Source of the DNA: Pseudomonadota bacterium
GTDB lineage: Bacteria; Pseudomonadota; Gammaproteobacteria; JAKAQQ01
Assembly: GCA_027320085.1 (NCBI GenBank)
Contig: DAHVLZ010000018.1
Span: forward strand, 96,214 to 160,213
Reading direction: 5' to 3'
DNA: 64,000 nt
Positions 17,779-27,054 of this stretch are shown here, in pieces. The stretch's first letter is position 1. The number at the start of each line of letters is the position of its first letter. Made by a program: the position numbers and the translations under genes. Under the pieces are notes generated by a model. That model ran no database searches and had not been told where the DNA came from. It worked only from the letters and a program-made list of their open reading frames with translations.

Positions 17779-18576
17779 GTGAGCCCCATTTTTTTACTGA
17801 CTGATTTCGGCACCGGTAGCCTTTATGTGGGCCAACTGCATGCACGACTGGCTCTGGCGAAGCCGCCCGTGCCCTGGGTCGATCTTTGCCATGATCTTCC
17901 GCCCTGTGCGCCGCGTGCCGCAGCCTACCTGCTCGCGGCCCTTACGTCTTACCTTCCGGAAACCGGCATCCTCGTGGGAGTGGTCGATCCCGGTGTCGGC
18001 ACAGACCGGACCCCGATTCTGGTTCAGCACAGGGGCTGGAGCCTGGTCGGCCCGGACAACGGGCTTTTTTCCCGGGTGACCCGTGGGGAACCGACCCGGG
18101 TTTATGAACTCTCCCCGCTCTCGAACCACACGTTATCCGCAAGTTTCCACGGGCGCGACCTGTTTTTGCCCTGGGCGATCCGGCTTGCCCAGACGGCTCT
18201 TGATCCTCGTCAGGAAGAGGGGCTCAGACCCCATCTCGGGCCGCTCATCGGCAGCGACTGGCCGGCGGACAACCCGGAAATTATCCTGATTGATCGCTTT
18301 GGCAATGCCACGACCGGTTATCGGGGCCGCGGGACCCAGCCTGGCTGGCGGCTTTGCTGCAAGGGCCAGGAGTTGCCATTTGCCACGGTGTTCGGATCCG
18401 CCCCCGTGGGCCAGGCCTTTTGGTACATCAACTCGATCGGGCTTGTCGAGATCGCCTGCAACCAGGATTCCGCTGCGCGTCTCCTGGATCTCCGGGTGGG
18501 GCAGCCGTTTGATTGGAAGATTCCGGACGAGCGGTCAGTGCCTGGAACCCACCACCCAACGGATGGAACGGCTTAG
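17779..18576 (+). CDS. SAM hydrolase / SAM-dependent halogenase superfamily protein (DUF62; hydrolase-type)
   Basis: LLTDFG, VDLCHD, VVDPGVGTDR, VGPDNGL, SFHGRDLF, IDRFGN and NSIGLVEIA motifs; GTG start at 17779. Confidence 0.9.
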   Translation: MSPIFLLTDFGTGSLYVGQLHARLALAKPPVPWVDLCHDLPPCAPRAAAYLLAALTSYLPETGILVGVVDPGVGTDRTPILVQHRGWSLVGPDNGLFSRVTRGEPTRVYELSPLSNHTLSASFHGRDLFLPWAIRLAQTALDPRQEEGLRPHLGPLIGSDWPADNPEIILIDRFGNATTGYRGRGTQPGWRLCCKGQELPFATVFGSAPVGQAFWYINSIGLVEIACNQDSAARLLDLRVGQPFDWKIPDERSVPGTHHPTDGTA

Positions 18577-18664
18577 GGAAACTCTGATGTACGGAACCAC
18601 AAGCCCCGTGGCGGCGCGGGGGTGACGGCAGCATTTACGTCGCCGAATTGATGAACCTGACTAC

Positions 18665-19207
18665 TTAGTCGGAGAGGATCCGAGAGGTACCGTCGATGCG
18701 GACCAGCCGGGTCCGGGACAACCGGTCATGCAGACCACCCCGGGGCAGGCGGCCCGTCAGGCCAAAGATGAGGAAGGCCGAGATCAGCCAGAGGATCAGG
18801 TAGACGGACAGGGTGGCTGTCCGGTGCCCGGGACTCCGGGGTTCACTAAAGTAGACGGGCAACAGCAGGATACCCACGAGGAGCCATTCGGTCAGCGCTA
18901 CAAGAAAGCGGATTGAGGCGTGGGCCCAGCCGGCTGGCTGGTTGTCGAGGCGGACGAGCTTGAGGCGCCAGGCCTTCATGCCCAGAGTCTGTCCCCCATG
19001 GCTCCAAAACCCGGCCAGAAAGATCCAGGCCAGCGCAAGCAGGAAGCCCCAGTAGAGAATCCGTCCAGTGGCCGATGCATCGAGTGACTGCTGGGCCGGG
19101 TGGAAGAGAAGCGCCAGGAAAAAGGTGCCGAGCAACCAGAGGGCCAGGACGATGAGCCCATCGTAGAGCAATGCCGCGAGATGGCGAAACAGGAACAAGG
19201 TTCTCAA
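18665..19207 (-). CDS. RDD family membrane protein
   Basis: RHLAALLYD, GQTLGMKAWRL and LHDRLSRT motifs; start uncertain (TTG at 19207). Confidence 0.85.
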   Translation of the reverse strand: MRTLFLFRHLAALLYDGLIVLALWLLGTFFLALLFHPAQQSLDASATGRILYWGFLLALAWIFLAGFWSHGGQTLGMKAWRLKLVRLDNQPAGWAHASIRFLVALTEWLLVGILLLPVYFSEPRSPGHRTATLSVYLILWLISAFLIFGLTGRLPRGGLHDRLSRTRLVRIDGTSRILSD

Positions 19208-19211
19208 GGCA

Positions 19212-20144
19212 CTAGGGGAGGGCGGCCCAGACAACGGTATCCAGGCCAACCCGGGTGTGGTTGAGCAAGGGGATCCGGTGGCCGTTCTGCCAGAGATCGA
19301 GATACAGGGTCCAGCGGCGCCCGGTCGACACAAAGAGGCTGGATGAGTGTTTCCCCACGAGAAATCCGTGGAGCGCGGGGACATTTCGGATCGGTGTGTA
19401 CCAGGCGGGGAGGTGGATCCGGGTTCGGGCTCCGGTGTCCAGGTCATAGCGGAAGTACGGATAGGTTTTCACCCCGACTGCGGAGCACAGAGCGGCATGA
19501 CGGGAAAGGCGGAGTTCCGGGTAGGTCAGCGGAACCGGGAAAGTGCGGAAATTCCCGCTTGCGAGGTTGTGGATCCAGAGCGCCTGTTCGTGGGTCTTGC
19601 GCCAGCTCGTGTAGAAAAAACGTGTCGCCCCCATCCGGATGACCGGGATCGGGATCGGAAAGGGCCCCGGGTCGATCAGGTGTCTCACCCGGGGATCTTT
19701 GAAGGAGGCCCAGTACAGCCGTTCGGCATAGAGACCTGGTTTGGCCGTATCGTAGAAAACGAAGCGATTGAGCCCGGGGAAGGCGACTGCCTTCCAGCCG
19801 CTCCGGAGCGGGGTCCAGCGACGGGTTTTGAGGTTGAGGAGGGCGATGGTGTGCTGGGGGTAGGTGCTTACCAGCAGCTGCTTTCGCGAGACGGACGAGA
19901 GAACGTCCACCCGGAGATGATCGGGCAGGTGGGTCACGGTCCGGACCTTGTGGGTCGTGAGGTTGAGCTCGAGGATCCGGTTTCCGGTTCCCAGATAAAG
20001 GATTCCCGGGAGGGCCACGGCAGGGCTCGATCCGCCACAGCCGGAGAGGGACAAAAGAATCGTGGCCAGTCCAATCCCGACCGGAAACAGCCAGGCTTGT
20101 CTCCTGCTGGCGGGTCTACTGCATTGGGTGGGCTCGTGGGTCAT
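19212..20144 (-). CDS. Hypothetical lipoprotein (possible beta-propeller)
   Basis: Hydrophobic signal ending in the lipobox LSGC; repeated beta-strand units (ILELNLTT, IALLNLKT, WIHNLASG, FRYDLDTG, YLDLWQNG); ATGA-coupled to hpnM. Confidence 0.65.
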   Translation of the reverse strand: MTHEPTQCSRPASRRQAWLFPVGIGLATILLSLSGCGGSSPAVALPGILYLGTGNRILELNLTTHKVRTVTHLPDHLRVDVLSSVSRKQLLVSTYPQHTIALLNLKTRRWTPLRSGWKAVAFPGLNRFVFYDTAKPGLYAERLYWASFKDPRVRHLIDPGPFPIPIPVIRMGATRFFYTSWRKTHEQALWIHNLASGNFRTFPVPLTYPELRLSRHAALCSAVGVKTYPYFRYDLDTGARTRIHLPAWYTPIRNVPALHGFLVGKHSSSLFVSTGRRWTLYLDLWQNGHRIPLLNHTRVGLDTVVWAALP

Positions 20145-20896
20145 GGGGCGTGATTCCGGTGATGGCCGGTCGGCGTCTCAAAACGGCGGATGGATCGGGT
20201 CAGGTAGTCGAACAACCCTTCCACCCCGCTTTTTTTCACGACAAACTGAAACTGGGACTTGAGGAGGGAGAGGTTGCTGACGCCGTCCACAAAAATATTG
20301 ACGACCCGCCAGGCCGAATGGGCTTTCTGGAGGAGGTAGACGAAGGTATGGTGCCGGTGGTTCCTTTCGTTGAATCTCGCAATCACGAGGTCATAGGCGG
20401 GGTAGTGCCGGTGCTTTGTGATATGAAAGCTCTGGCCTTGGTACCCGTTGAACTCATGGGCATAGTTGGCAATCGTATAGTGGATGAACAGGTGGCGAAG
20501 CTCGTGCCGTTGCGCGGCGCTGATCCGTGTCCAGTCCTGCCCGGTCAGCAGACGCAACATCGCCTTCCAGGCGATCGTCCGCCGGATAACCGGTTCCAGG
20601 ATGTGGTAACGCCCCGCGAAACCCGCTCCGGGTCCCGCCCGCATGGAGGCCAGAAGAGACTGATCGAGAACACGGATCACCGCGGTGGGTGAGGGGGCTC
20701 GCGGTTCCGGGCGGGTGGGTGCTCCACAGGCCGGAACCTCTACCAGCAGGAGGAGGAAGGAAACAGACAACAGCCACAACGGGGCTGCTCGAGGCCGTTT
20801 GGGGACGGGTGAGGCGGCGGGAACACCGAGATTTTCCATAGGTTCACTTCCGGGAAGTAGAGGAGGCGCACCGCTGATGCGGGAGTTCGGTTTCAT
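20141..20896 (-). CDS. hpnM: Hopanoid-associated MlaC/Ttg2D-family periplasmic binding protein HpnM
   Basis: F-x-x-YTIANYA-x-x-F-x-GY-x-GQ-x-F and WRVVNIFVDGVS-x-L-x4-SQF; located in the hpn cluster; start uncertain (20896 or 20839). Confidence 0.85.
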   Translation of the reverse strand: MKPNSRISGAPPLLPGSEPMENLGVPAASPVPKRPRAAPLWLLSVSFLLLLVEVPACGAPTRPEPRAPSPTAVIRVLDQSLLASMRAGPGAGFAGRYHILEPVIRRTIAWKAMLRLLTGQDWTRISAAQRHELRHLFIHYTIANYAHEFNGYQGQSFHITKHRHYPAYDLVIARFNERNHRHHTFVYLLQKAHSAWRVVNIFVDGVSNLSLLKSQFQFVVKKSGVEGLFDYLTRSIRRFETPTGHHRNHAP

Positions 20897-20913
20897 GAAC
20901 AACTGGCGCCATG

Positions 20914-21957
20914 TCAGAAAGGATCGGGAGGAGCCACCGAGGCCACCTGAGCCCATTTCCGACGTTCGAGCCATTGCCAGGAAACCAGGAATGGCAGACC
21001 AAAAAGGACTTCCCGGAGGCGCCGGACCAATGAGAGGGAAAGCGTAATGTCCGGACGAATACCCAGCAGGCTCCCGAACACCACAAATCCGCCTTCCTGG
21101 ACCCCGATTCCGGAAGGAACAAAGAACGACGCGCTGCGCAACGCTTGGCTCAAGCTTTCGAGGACCAGGGCGCCGCTCCAGCCGACTCGGCTGCCGAGCA
21201 GGAACAGGGCCAGCCAGATTTCAAGAACACCGGCCAAAAGTCCCGCCATCTGCCAGAGTGCCGCCCGGAGGAGGAGGGTTCGGCGCTGATAAAGCCTGCG
21301 GATCGCCCGATCCAGTGCCTGAGGGTCACCCACGGCCCTGATAAAGCGGTTTCCCCCGCCCAACCGCTCGATCCATCGGTGGCAAAGAGAGAAAAAACCA
21401 CCGCGCTGGATGAGCACGAAGATCGCAATGGCGGTGGTGGCCAGTAGCAAGGCGGGGAGGATCTGCCCATAGAAAGGGTGATTCATGCTCACTGTCACCA
21501 GAAGGAAAATCCCCATGAGGGTGAAAAAAATCTGGTTGAACAGCGTGAGCGTGACTTCGACGAGAACGCTTGCAATGGCGTTTGCCTTGCTGATTCCGGC
21601 CCGGGTGGCCAGCCGGGCTCCCGTAAACTCCCCGCCCACACGGAAAACCGGGAGCAGACCGTTGATGGCCTCGCGGATTCCCGCCACCCAGAATAGAAAT
21701 CCCGAGGAGGGTTTCTGTTCACTGTCGTGGAGCAAGACCCGCCAGCCCTGCGAATCCAGCATGATGGGGATGATATGGAGTGGAACCACCCAGAGAATGC
21801 TGAAACCGGCAATCGCAAGCGTATTTTCAATGCCACGAAGACCCGTGATCAGAATCAGCCAGACGGTGGCCACGAGTCCGAGGGATGCAAAAATGATCGC
21901 GGAGAGATGGCAGTGGCCTGCCAGCGACGTGGAGCGGGGGGGTGAAGATGAAATCAT
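20914..21957 (-). CDS. hpnL: HpnL-like membrane protein (LPG-synthase TM / flippase-like family)
   Basis: REAINGLLPV-x-RVGGE and FFVPSGIGVQEGGF...SLVRRLRE; located in the hpn cluster. Confidence 0.8.
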   Translation of the reverse strand: MISSSPPRSTSLAGHCHLSAIIFASLGLVATVWLILITGLRGIENTLAIAGFSILWVVPLHIIPIMLDSQGWRVLLHDSEQKPSSGFLFWVAGIREAINGLLPVFRVGGEFTGARLATRAGISKANAIASVLVEVTLTLFNQIFFTLMGIFLLVTVSMNHPFYGQILPALLLATTAIAIFVLIQRGGFFSLCHRWIERLGGGNRFIRAVGDPQALDRAIRRLYQRRTLLLRAALWQMAGLLAGVLEIWLALFLLGSRVGWSGALVLESLSQALRSASFFVPSGIGVQEGGFVVFGSLLGIRPDITLSLSLVRRLREVLFGLPFLVSWQWLERRKWAQVASVAPPDPF

Positions 21958-24602
21958 TTCGGGGCCGGTTGAGCCATTGACCGGCTCCGGTCCGGAAGCA
22001 GGGAGAGAATCGCCGGAAGCGCCACCAGAGTGGAAATGAGGACCCAGCTCATCACGATGCTCAAGGTCTGGCCCAAAATCGAGATGCCCCGGTCAGGGGA
22101 AAGTGCCAAGCTACCAAAGGTACTCAGGGTCGCCAAGCCGCTGACCAAGATCCCGCGGGCCGTACCGGTTCCCAGAACGAGGTCCAGATCATGACCCTCC
22201 CTCCACCGCACGATGAAATAGATGCCATAAGCCACACTGAGTCCCATGAGCAGGGGCAGAACGATGATATTGGCCATATTGTAGGAGATGCCCCAAAGCC
22301 CCATTGTGGCGCTGGCCAGAACGATGGTCAAGATCATGGGGGCGAGGGCGAGCAGGGTGTGCCGGATGTCCCGCAGAACCCAGAACAAGAGGAGCAGGAT
22401 TCCCAAAAAGGCCGTGACGGTCGCTTGCTGGAAGGCACCGAGCACGGCATTGCCTCCGTCAACGAGCATGACCGGGGTCCCGATCGCGCGGGGCGCGACC
22501 CGCGTAACCTGGCGCACGAACCGGCGGAGGCGGTTGAGATGGTTCAGGTTCCAGCGGGAAAAAACCCGGACCCGGGCCACCCCTTTGCCGTTGAGATAGC
22601 GTTTGCGCAAGCTTGGGGGGAGGCGGGCCAGAGTGACCGCTTGGGCTTGAAAGGCCGTCTCCAGGCGATGAAGTGCCGTCGGAAAAGAGCCCATGAGATT
22701 GCTTTGGAGAAGGGCCCAGTACGATGCGCCATGGGCAGGGAGGCGCAAGAACAGTTCAAGGGTCCGTCTGAGTTCCGCAAGAGGGGCAGCCAGCTGACTG
22801 AGTTTGCCGGTGAGCCGGATCCGCCGGGTAGCTTTAAGGAAGTTCTGGATGTGGTGGCGGGATCGAGCCGGTTGTGCTGGGGCGCTTCGAGTTTGCATGA
22901 AGAAAGGCGGGAACAGGAGCGCGGCTTGCCTGATCCAGGCCAGTTTGCGGCGTTGGTGGCCCGGAATAAAGCTGGCTGCACTCACGGTCATCCGGACAGA
23001 GGGGAGGTGATCCAGGCGCTTTTGGAGCTGGGCGGCCGCAGCCAGCCCGGGTTCCATCACATCGATGCTATAGGGTGAAAACCGGCTCCGGGCGACCAGA
23101 TGGCGGAACGTCCGGACAGGGGGGGAGTTCGGGTTCTGCAGGTTCAAGGGATTGAAATCGAATCGCACCTGGGTCACGAAATAGATTGCAGCGAGACCAA
23201 GAAGCAGGAAAAGACCGCTGATCCAGGGCCCATACCGCCGGACATGAAAAGACTGCCCGAGCCGTATACCGGATGGTGCGGAAGCGGCGCGCACGCCCAG
23301 GATCCGGATCAGGGCGGGCAGGAGCGTCAGGGTGGCGGCCAAGGAGATAAACATGCTCACCCCGGCGATGAGGCCGAGACTGATGATGCCCGCATACTGG
23401 GTTGGCACAAAGGAAAAAAAGCTGATCGCAGCGGCCAGGGCGGCCAGTGAGAGCGGCAGAACCATCGCAAGGCCGGTTCGTTCAAGAGCCGAGCCAATCT
23501 CGGGGTTGCCGTGGGATTCTTCCAGGTAACGGGTCGAAAATTGGATCCCAAAGTCCACGCCCAGACCAATAAACAGCACCGCAAACGAGATGGAGATCAG
23601 GTTGAACGGGCCCAAGGTGACGAGCGCGAAAGCCACAGTCCAGATCAGGCTCATGAGCAGCGTGAGAAGAATCGCCAAGACCAGCTTAAATCGGCGAAAG
23701 CCAAGTACGAGAATGGAGATAATGGCCACAAGCGACAAGAGCGTCGCAAAATCAACGCCAGAGGTGGCCGAATGCAACTGGGCATCATCCAGCACGGCTC
23801 CTCCCGTGAGTCCCACATGGAGAGTCGCCCGAGTCTGGGATTCCAGCCGGGAGATCTCCTGTTGCAGCCGGCCAATGGCTGTTTCGTAAGGTCGCAGGGC
23901 TCCTGGCACAGCTTTTGGTTTCACGATAAGGATTGCCGAATGGCCCGCTGTGCCCTGGGCCCTTCCCCGCCCGGAGAGCAAGCGGCTCCAGGGAAGCGGA
24001 TGGATTTGTGTCCGGATGGTGGCCCGGACAGTCTGGGTCACAAGGCCCAGCAGGTGGGCATACTGGGAGGAGAGGGGAGCCAGTGTCTGCGGGTGGCGGA
24101 ACGCGCTCGAGAGCATCGAAAAAAAGCCGGATGTCGTGGGATCCAGGGCCAGATGGGCCATGACCGGTTCCGCGCGATCGATCCGATCCAGTAGTTTTCG
24201 GAGCCGTGGTGAGGAGAGGTAAAGTAGCCCATTTCTCCTGAAAAAGGAGCCGCCACCGGGTTGATAGAGGTCGTGGTAAAGCGCGGGATGGCGATTTAAC
24301 CAGACCTTGAGTGTGTGGGTCGCCCGTTGGAGGGTCTCCACTTGAGTGGCACGCACGATAAGGACGATGGTCTCATGGACACCCGGAAAATCGCGATGGT
24401 ATTCCTCGTCGAGCTCGTGGTAGGGGAGGTGCTTGGCCAGCAGGTCGGTCATGTTGGTGTCGATCTTGAATCGGGTGACCGTCATGAACAGAGACAGGGC
24501 GGTCAACAGGCCAGCCAGCACCAGAACCACGGCAGCCGAGCGGCCGCATCGCCGAACGATCCGGGTCAGTACATGGACATAGTTTCGGTCCAGTTTACGC
24601 AC
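21954..24602 (-). CDS. hpnN: Hopanoid transporter HpnN (RND/MMPL family)
   Basis: F-x-IDTN, GGGSFFRRNGLLYL, LNLISI-like NLISISFAVLFIGLGVDFGIQF and FDFNPLNLQ; two-repeat RND architecture. Confidence 0.93.
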   Translation of the reverse strand: MRKLDRNYVHVLTRIVRRCGRSAAVVLVLAGLLTALSLFMTVTRFKIDTNMTDLLAKHLPYHELDEEYHRDFPGVHETIVLIVRATQVETLQRATHTLKVWLNRHPALYHDLYQPGGGSFFRRNGLLYLSSPRLRKLLDRIDRAEPVMAHLALDPTTSGFFSMLSSAFRHPQTLAPLSSQYAHLLGLVTQTVRATIRTQIHPLPWSRLLSGRGRAQGTAGHSAILIVKPKAVPGALRPYETAIGRLQQEISRLESQTRATLHVGLTGGAVLDDAQLHSATSGVDFATLLSLVAIISILVLGFRRFKLVLAILLTLLMSLIWTVAFALVTLGPFNLISISFAVLFIGLGVDFGIQFSTRYLEESHGNPEIGSALERTGLAMVLPLSLAALAAAISFFSFVPTQYAGIISLGLIAGVSMFISLAATLTLLPALIRILGVRAASAPSGIRLGQSFHVRRYGPWISGLFLLLGLAAIYFVTQVRFDFNPLNLQNPNSPPVRTFRHLVARSRFSPYSIDVMEPGLAAAAQLQKRLDHLPSVRMTVSAASFIPGHQRRKLAWIRQAALLFPPFFMQTRSAPAQPARSRHHIQNFLKATRRIRLTGKLSQLAAPLAELRRTLELFLRLPAHGASYWALLQSNLMGSFPTALHRLETAFQAQAVTLARLPPSLRKRYLNGKGVARVRVFSRWNLNHLNRLRRFVRQVTRVAPRAIGTPVMLVDGGNAVLGAFQQATVTAFLGILLLLFWVLRDIRHTLLALAPMILTIVLASATMGLWGISYNMANIIVLPLLMGLSVAYGIYFIVRWREGHDLDLVLGTGTARGILVSGLATLSTFGSLALSPDRGISILGQTLSIVMSWVLISTLVALPAILSLLPDRSRSMAQPAPK

Positions 24603-24628
24603 AGAGAACCATCCGGTTGATTAAAAAG

Positions 24629-25495
24629 TCAGAGGCTGGCATGGAAAGTCGTGGTGTGAAACCCCTGCTCAGCCAGGGTTCTGGAAATGCGGCGGTCGAG
24701 GAGGGCATTCTGCTCGCGGATCGCGGGCGACTCGCGTTGTGCCACCCCTCGGGCAGCAGAGGCCGGATGAAAATAAATCTCACCCAGTCCTTCCGGAAAC
24801 TGGGGGATCGCGGTCAGGAGCCGCTCGGTAGTCATGCGTCCTGTTGCACTGAGGCCAAAAAGGTAGTGATTGTGGTGGATTCCCCGTCGTTCAATTTTCC
24901 GGGCCATGGTCCGGAGGAGGGGCAAAAGCAGGATGGGCTGCAGTTTGCCCAGTCCCTGTCCCACCTGAAGTCCGAGACGCCACGGTTCATGGGGCAGGCG
25001 CAGGCTCTGCATGCCGTGATCCGGACCGATCGCGAGAATAAGGTCGAGCAGGGTCGGGTGGCAATGAAAGTGCTTGTGCACATTGACATGGTCGAGTCTG
25101 AGGCCGGTGGCCGAAAAGCGCCGGAACTGGGCTTCAATCTCCTGGGCGAGCTGCTGCCTGAGTTTTTCGGAAAGGGGGTAGCCGAAGCTGCTGACGACCA
25201 TTCGATCCGTCAGGTTGCCATTCCGGTCGACGAGGTCGGGGATCCGGTCCCGTGGAGCACTTGCACGACCATGGCAAAGCACAAGATGCAGGCCCACCGC
25301 CAGTCCTGGCAGTTCGTGTGCGCGACGGACGGCATCGTCAGTGGAGGCGGCATTGACCATGAGGCTGGCCGCAGTCAGGGCACCTTCCCGATGTGTTTTT
25401 TCGACCGCCTCGTTGACCTCGTGACTGTAACCAAAGTCATCCGCAGTCAAGATGACCTGCCGGCTGGAGGGCTTCAAGGTCGGGGATCCGGCCAA
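24629..25495 (-). CDS. hpnK: Hopanoid biosynthesis deacetylase HpnK (YdjC family)
   Basis: ILTADDFG, VGLHLVL, DHVNVHKHFHCHP and EIYFHP motifs; follows hpnJ. Confidence 0.92.
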   Translation of the reverse strand: MAGSPTLKPSSRQVILTADDFGYSHEVNEAVEKTHREGALTAASLMVNAASTDDAVRRAHELPGLAVGLHLVLCHGRASAPRDRIPDLVDRNGNLTDRMVVSSFGYPLSEKLRQQLAQEIEAQFRRFSATGLRLDHVNVHKHFHCHPTLLDLILAIGPDHGMQSLRLPHEPWRLGLQVGQGLGKLQPILLLPLLRTMARKIERRGIHHNHYLFGLSATGRMTTERLLTAIPQFPEGLGEIYFHPASAARGVAQRESPAIREQNALLDRRISRTLAEQGFHTTTFHASL

Positions 25496-25592
25496 GACCG
25501 GACTTCGCGGGACGAGGCACGAGACCGCGCGCGGTGGCGGGAAAGTCCCCTCACTCGTCCCGGAGTTTCCATGACACGCCCGGATAATACAG

Positions 25593-27020
25593 TCAGGAGG
25601 CTTGTTGCCGTTCTTGGAGGAAGTGGAAAAACTCGACTCCCTCCCGCAGACGGCGTTTCATCATTTCTGGGCTCTTCAGCATCTCCCAGACCAACTCCGC
25701 CACCTTGCTCGGACGGAAATAAAAGCGCTTGTAGAAGCGGGCCAGGGAATCGAAAATCTCCTGGTGCGAAAGATCCGGATAGCTGAGTGGACTCAGTTGG
25801 AATCCGCTACCGGAAACCAGCTGATCTTGTTCCTGGGCCGTGAGCCAGCCGTTTTCCACCGCTTCCTGGTACAGCCGGGTACCCGGGTAGGGTGCGGCGA
25901 GTGAAACCTGGATCGTATGGGGATTGATTTCCTGGGCGTACCGGATGGTCTCCTCGATCGTTTCGCGGGTCTCTCCGGGCAGGCCGAGAATGAACGTGCC
26001 GTGGATGGTCACACCGAGCTTCCGGCAGTTCCGGCTGAATTCGCGGGCAATATCCGTTCGGAGTCCTTTCTTGATGTTGAACAAAATCTGCTGGTTCCCC
26101 GACTCATAACCCACGAGCAGCAGCCGAAGCCCGTTGTCCCGCATGATTTTGAGGGTTTCGTAGGGGACATTGGCCTTGGCGTTGCACGACCAGGTGACGC
26201 CGAGTTTCCCCAAACCGCGGGCAATGGCTTCCACCCGTGGTTTGAAATCGGTGAAGGTATCGTCATCGAAGAAGATTTCCTTGACCTGGGGGAGGTTCTG
26301 CTGAATGTAGCGGACCTCCTCGAGGACATTCTCCGGGCTACGGACCCGGTAGCGGTGACCGCCGATCGTTTGTGGCCACAGGCAGAAGGTACACTTCGAA
26401 CGACAGCCCCGACCGGTATAGAACGAGACATAGGGGTGCTGGAGGTAGCCGATGAAGTAGTTTTCGATGGTGAGGTCCCGTTTGTAGACGGTTGACACAA
26501 AGGGAAGCTCGTCCATGTTTTCAATGATCGCGCGACCGGGGTTGTGGCGGATCTGTCCCCGCTCGTCCCGGTAACTCACGCCGTCCACTTGAGACAGGGG
26601 ACGACCCTCGGTAATTTCCCGGATGGTGTAGTCAAATTCCTCACGTGCGACAAAATCGATTCGGGAAGACGCCTCCAGGGAGGATTCGGGTTCCACGGCC
26701 ACTTTGGCCCCAACCAGCCCGACCTGGATCCGGGAATTCCGTTCCTTGAATGCTTCGGCCAGTTTGACGTCACCATGGAAGGAAGGCGAGCTCGTGTAAA
26801 TCAGGACGAGTTCGTAGTCCCCCGCCACCCGCAGCACATCCTCGGCCGTGAGCCCATCAGCCGGCGCATCGATCAGCCGGCTGTTCGGGACGAGGGCCGC
26901 CGGTTGGGCCAGCCACGTGGGATACCAGAACGAGCGAATCTCGCGTCGCGCCTGGTAACGCGCCCCGGCACCGCCATCAAACCCCTCGTAGGAGGGGGGG
27001 TTCAAAAACAGGGTTTTCAT
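25593..27020 (-). CDS. hpnJ: Hopanoid radical SAM protein HpnJ
   Basis: MKTLFLNPPSYEGFDGGAGARYQARREIRSFWYPTWLAQPAA N-terminus; CRSKCTFC (CxxxCxxC). Confidence 0.97.
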   Translation of the reverse strand: MKTLFLNPPSYEGFDGGAGARYQARREIRSFWYPTWLAQPAALVPNSRLIDAPADGLTAEDVLRVAGDYELVLIYTSSPSFHGDVKLAEAFKERNSRIQVGLVGAKVAVEPESSLEASSRIDFVAREEFDYTIREITEGRPLSQVDGVSYRDERGQIRHNPGRAIIENMDELPFVSTVYKRDLTIENYFIGYLQHPYVSFYTGRGCRSKCTFCLWPQTIGGHRYRVRSPENVLEEVRYIQQNLPQVKEIFFDDDTFTDFKPRVEAIARGLGKLGVTWSCNAKANVPYETLKIMRDNGLRLLLVGYESGNQQILFNIKKGLRTDIAREFSRNCRKLGVTIHGTFILGLPGETRETIEETIRYAQEINPHTIQVSLAAPYPGTRLYQEAVENGWLTAQEQDQLVSGSGFQLSPLSYPDLSHQEIFDSLARFYKRFYFRPSKVAELVWEMLKSPEMMKRRLREGVEFFHFLQERQQAS

Positions 27021-27054
27021 GCATCCTCCGCGCGGTCATGCCTGCGCCAGGGGG

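Noticed and set aside
17779-18576. Possible SAM-dependent fluorinase/chlorinase
   Set aside because: Has the His of FHGRD plus the Asp/Arg of the DUF62 hydrolase triad, unlike characterised halogenases; no halometabolite cluster nearby
18577-18664. Intergenic GC hairpin between the DUF62 and RDD genes, checked as tRNA or terminator
   Set aside because: No cloverleaf or T-loop, and no U-tract on either strand
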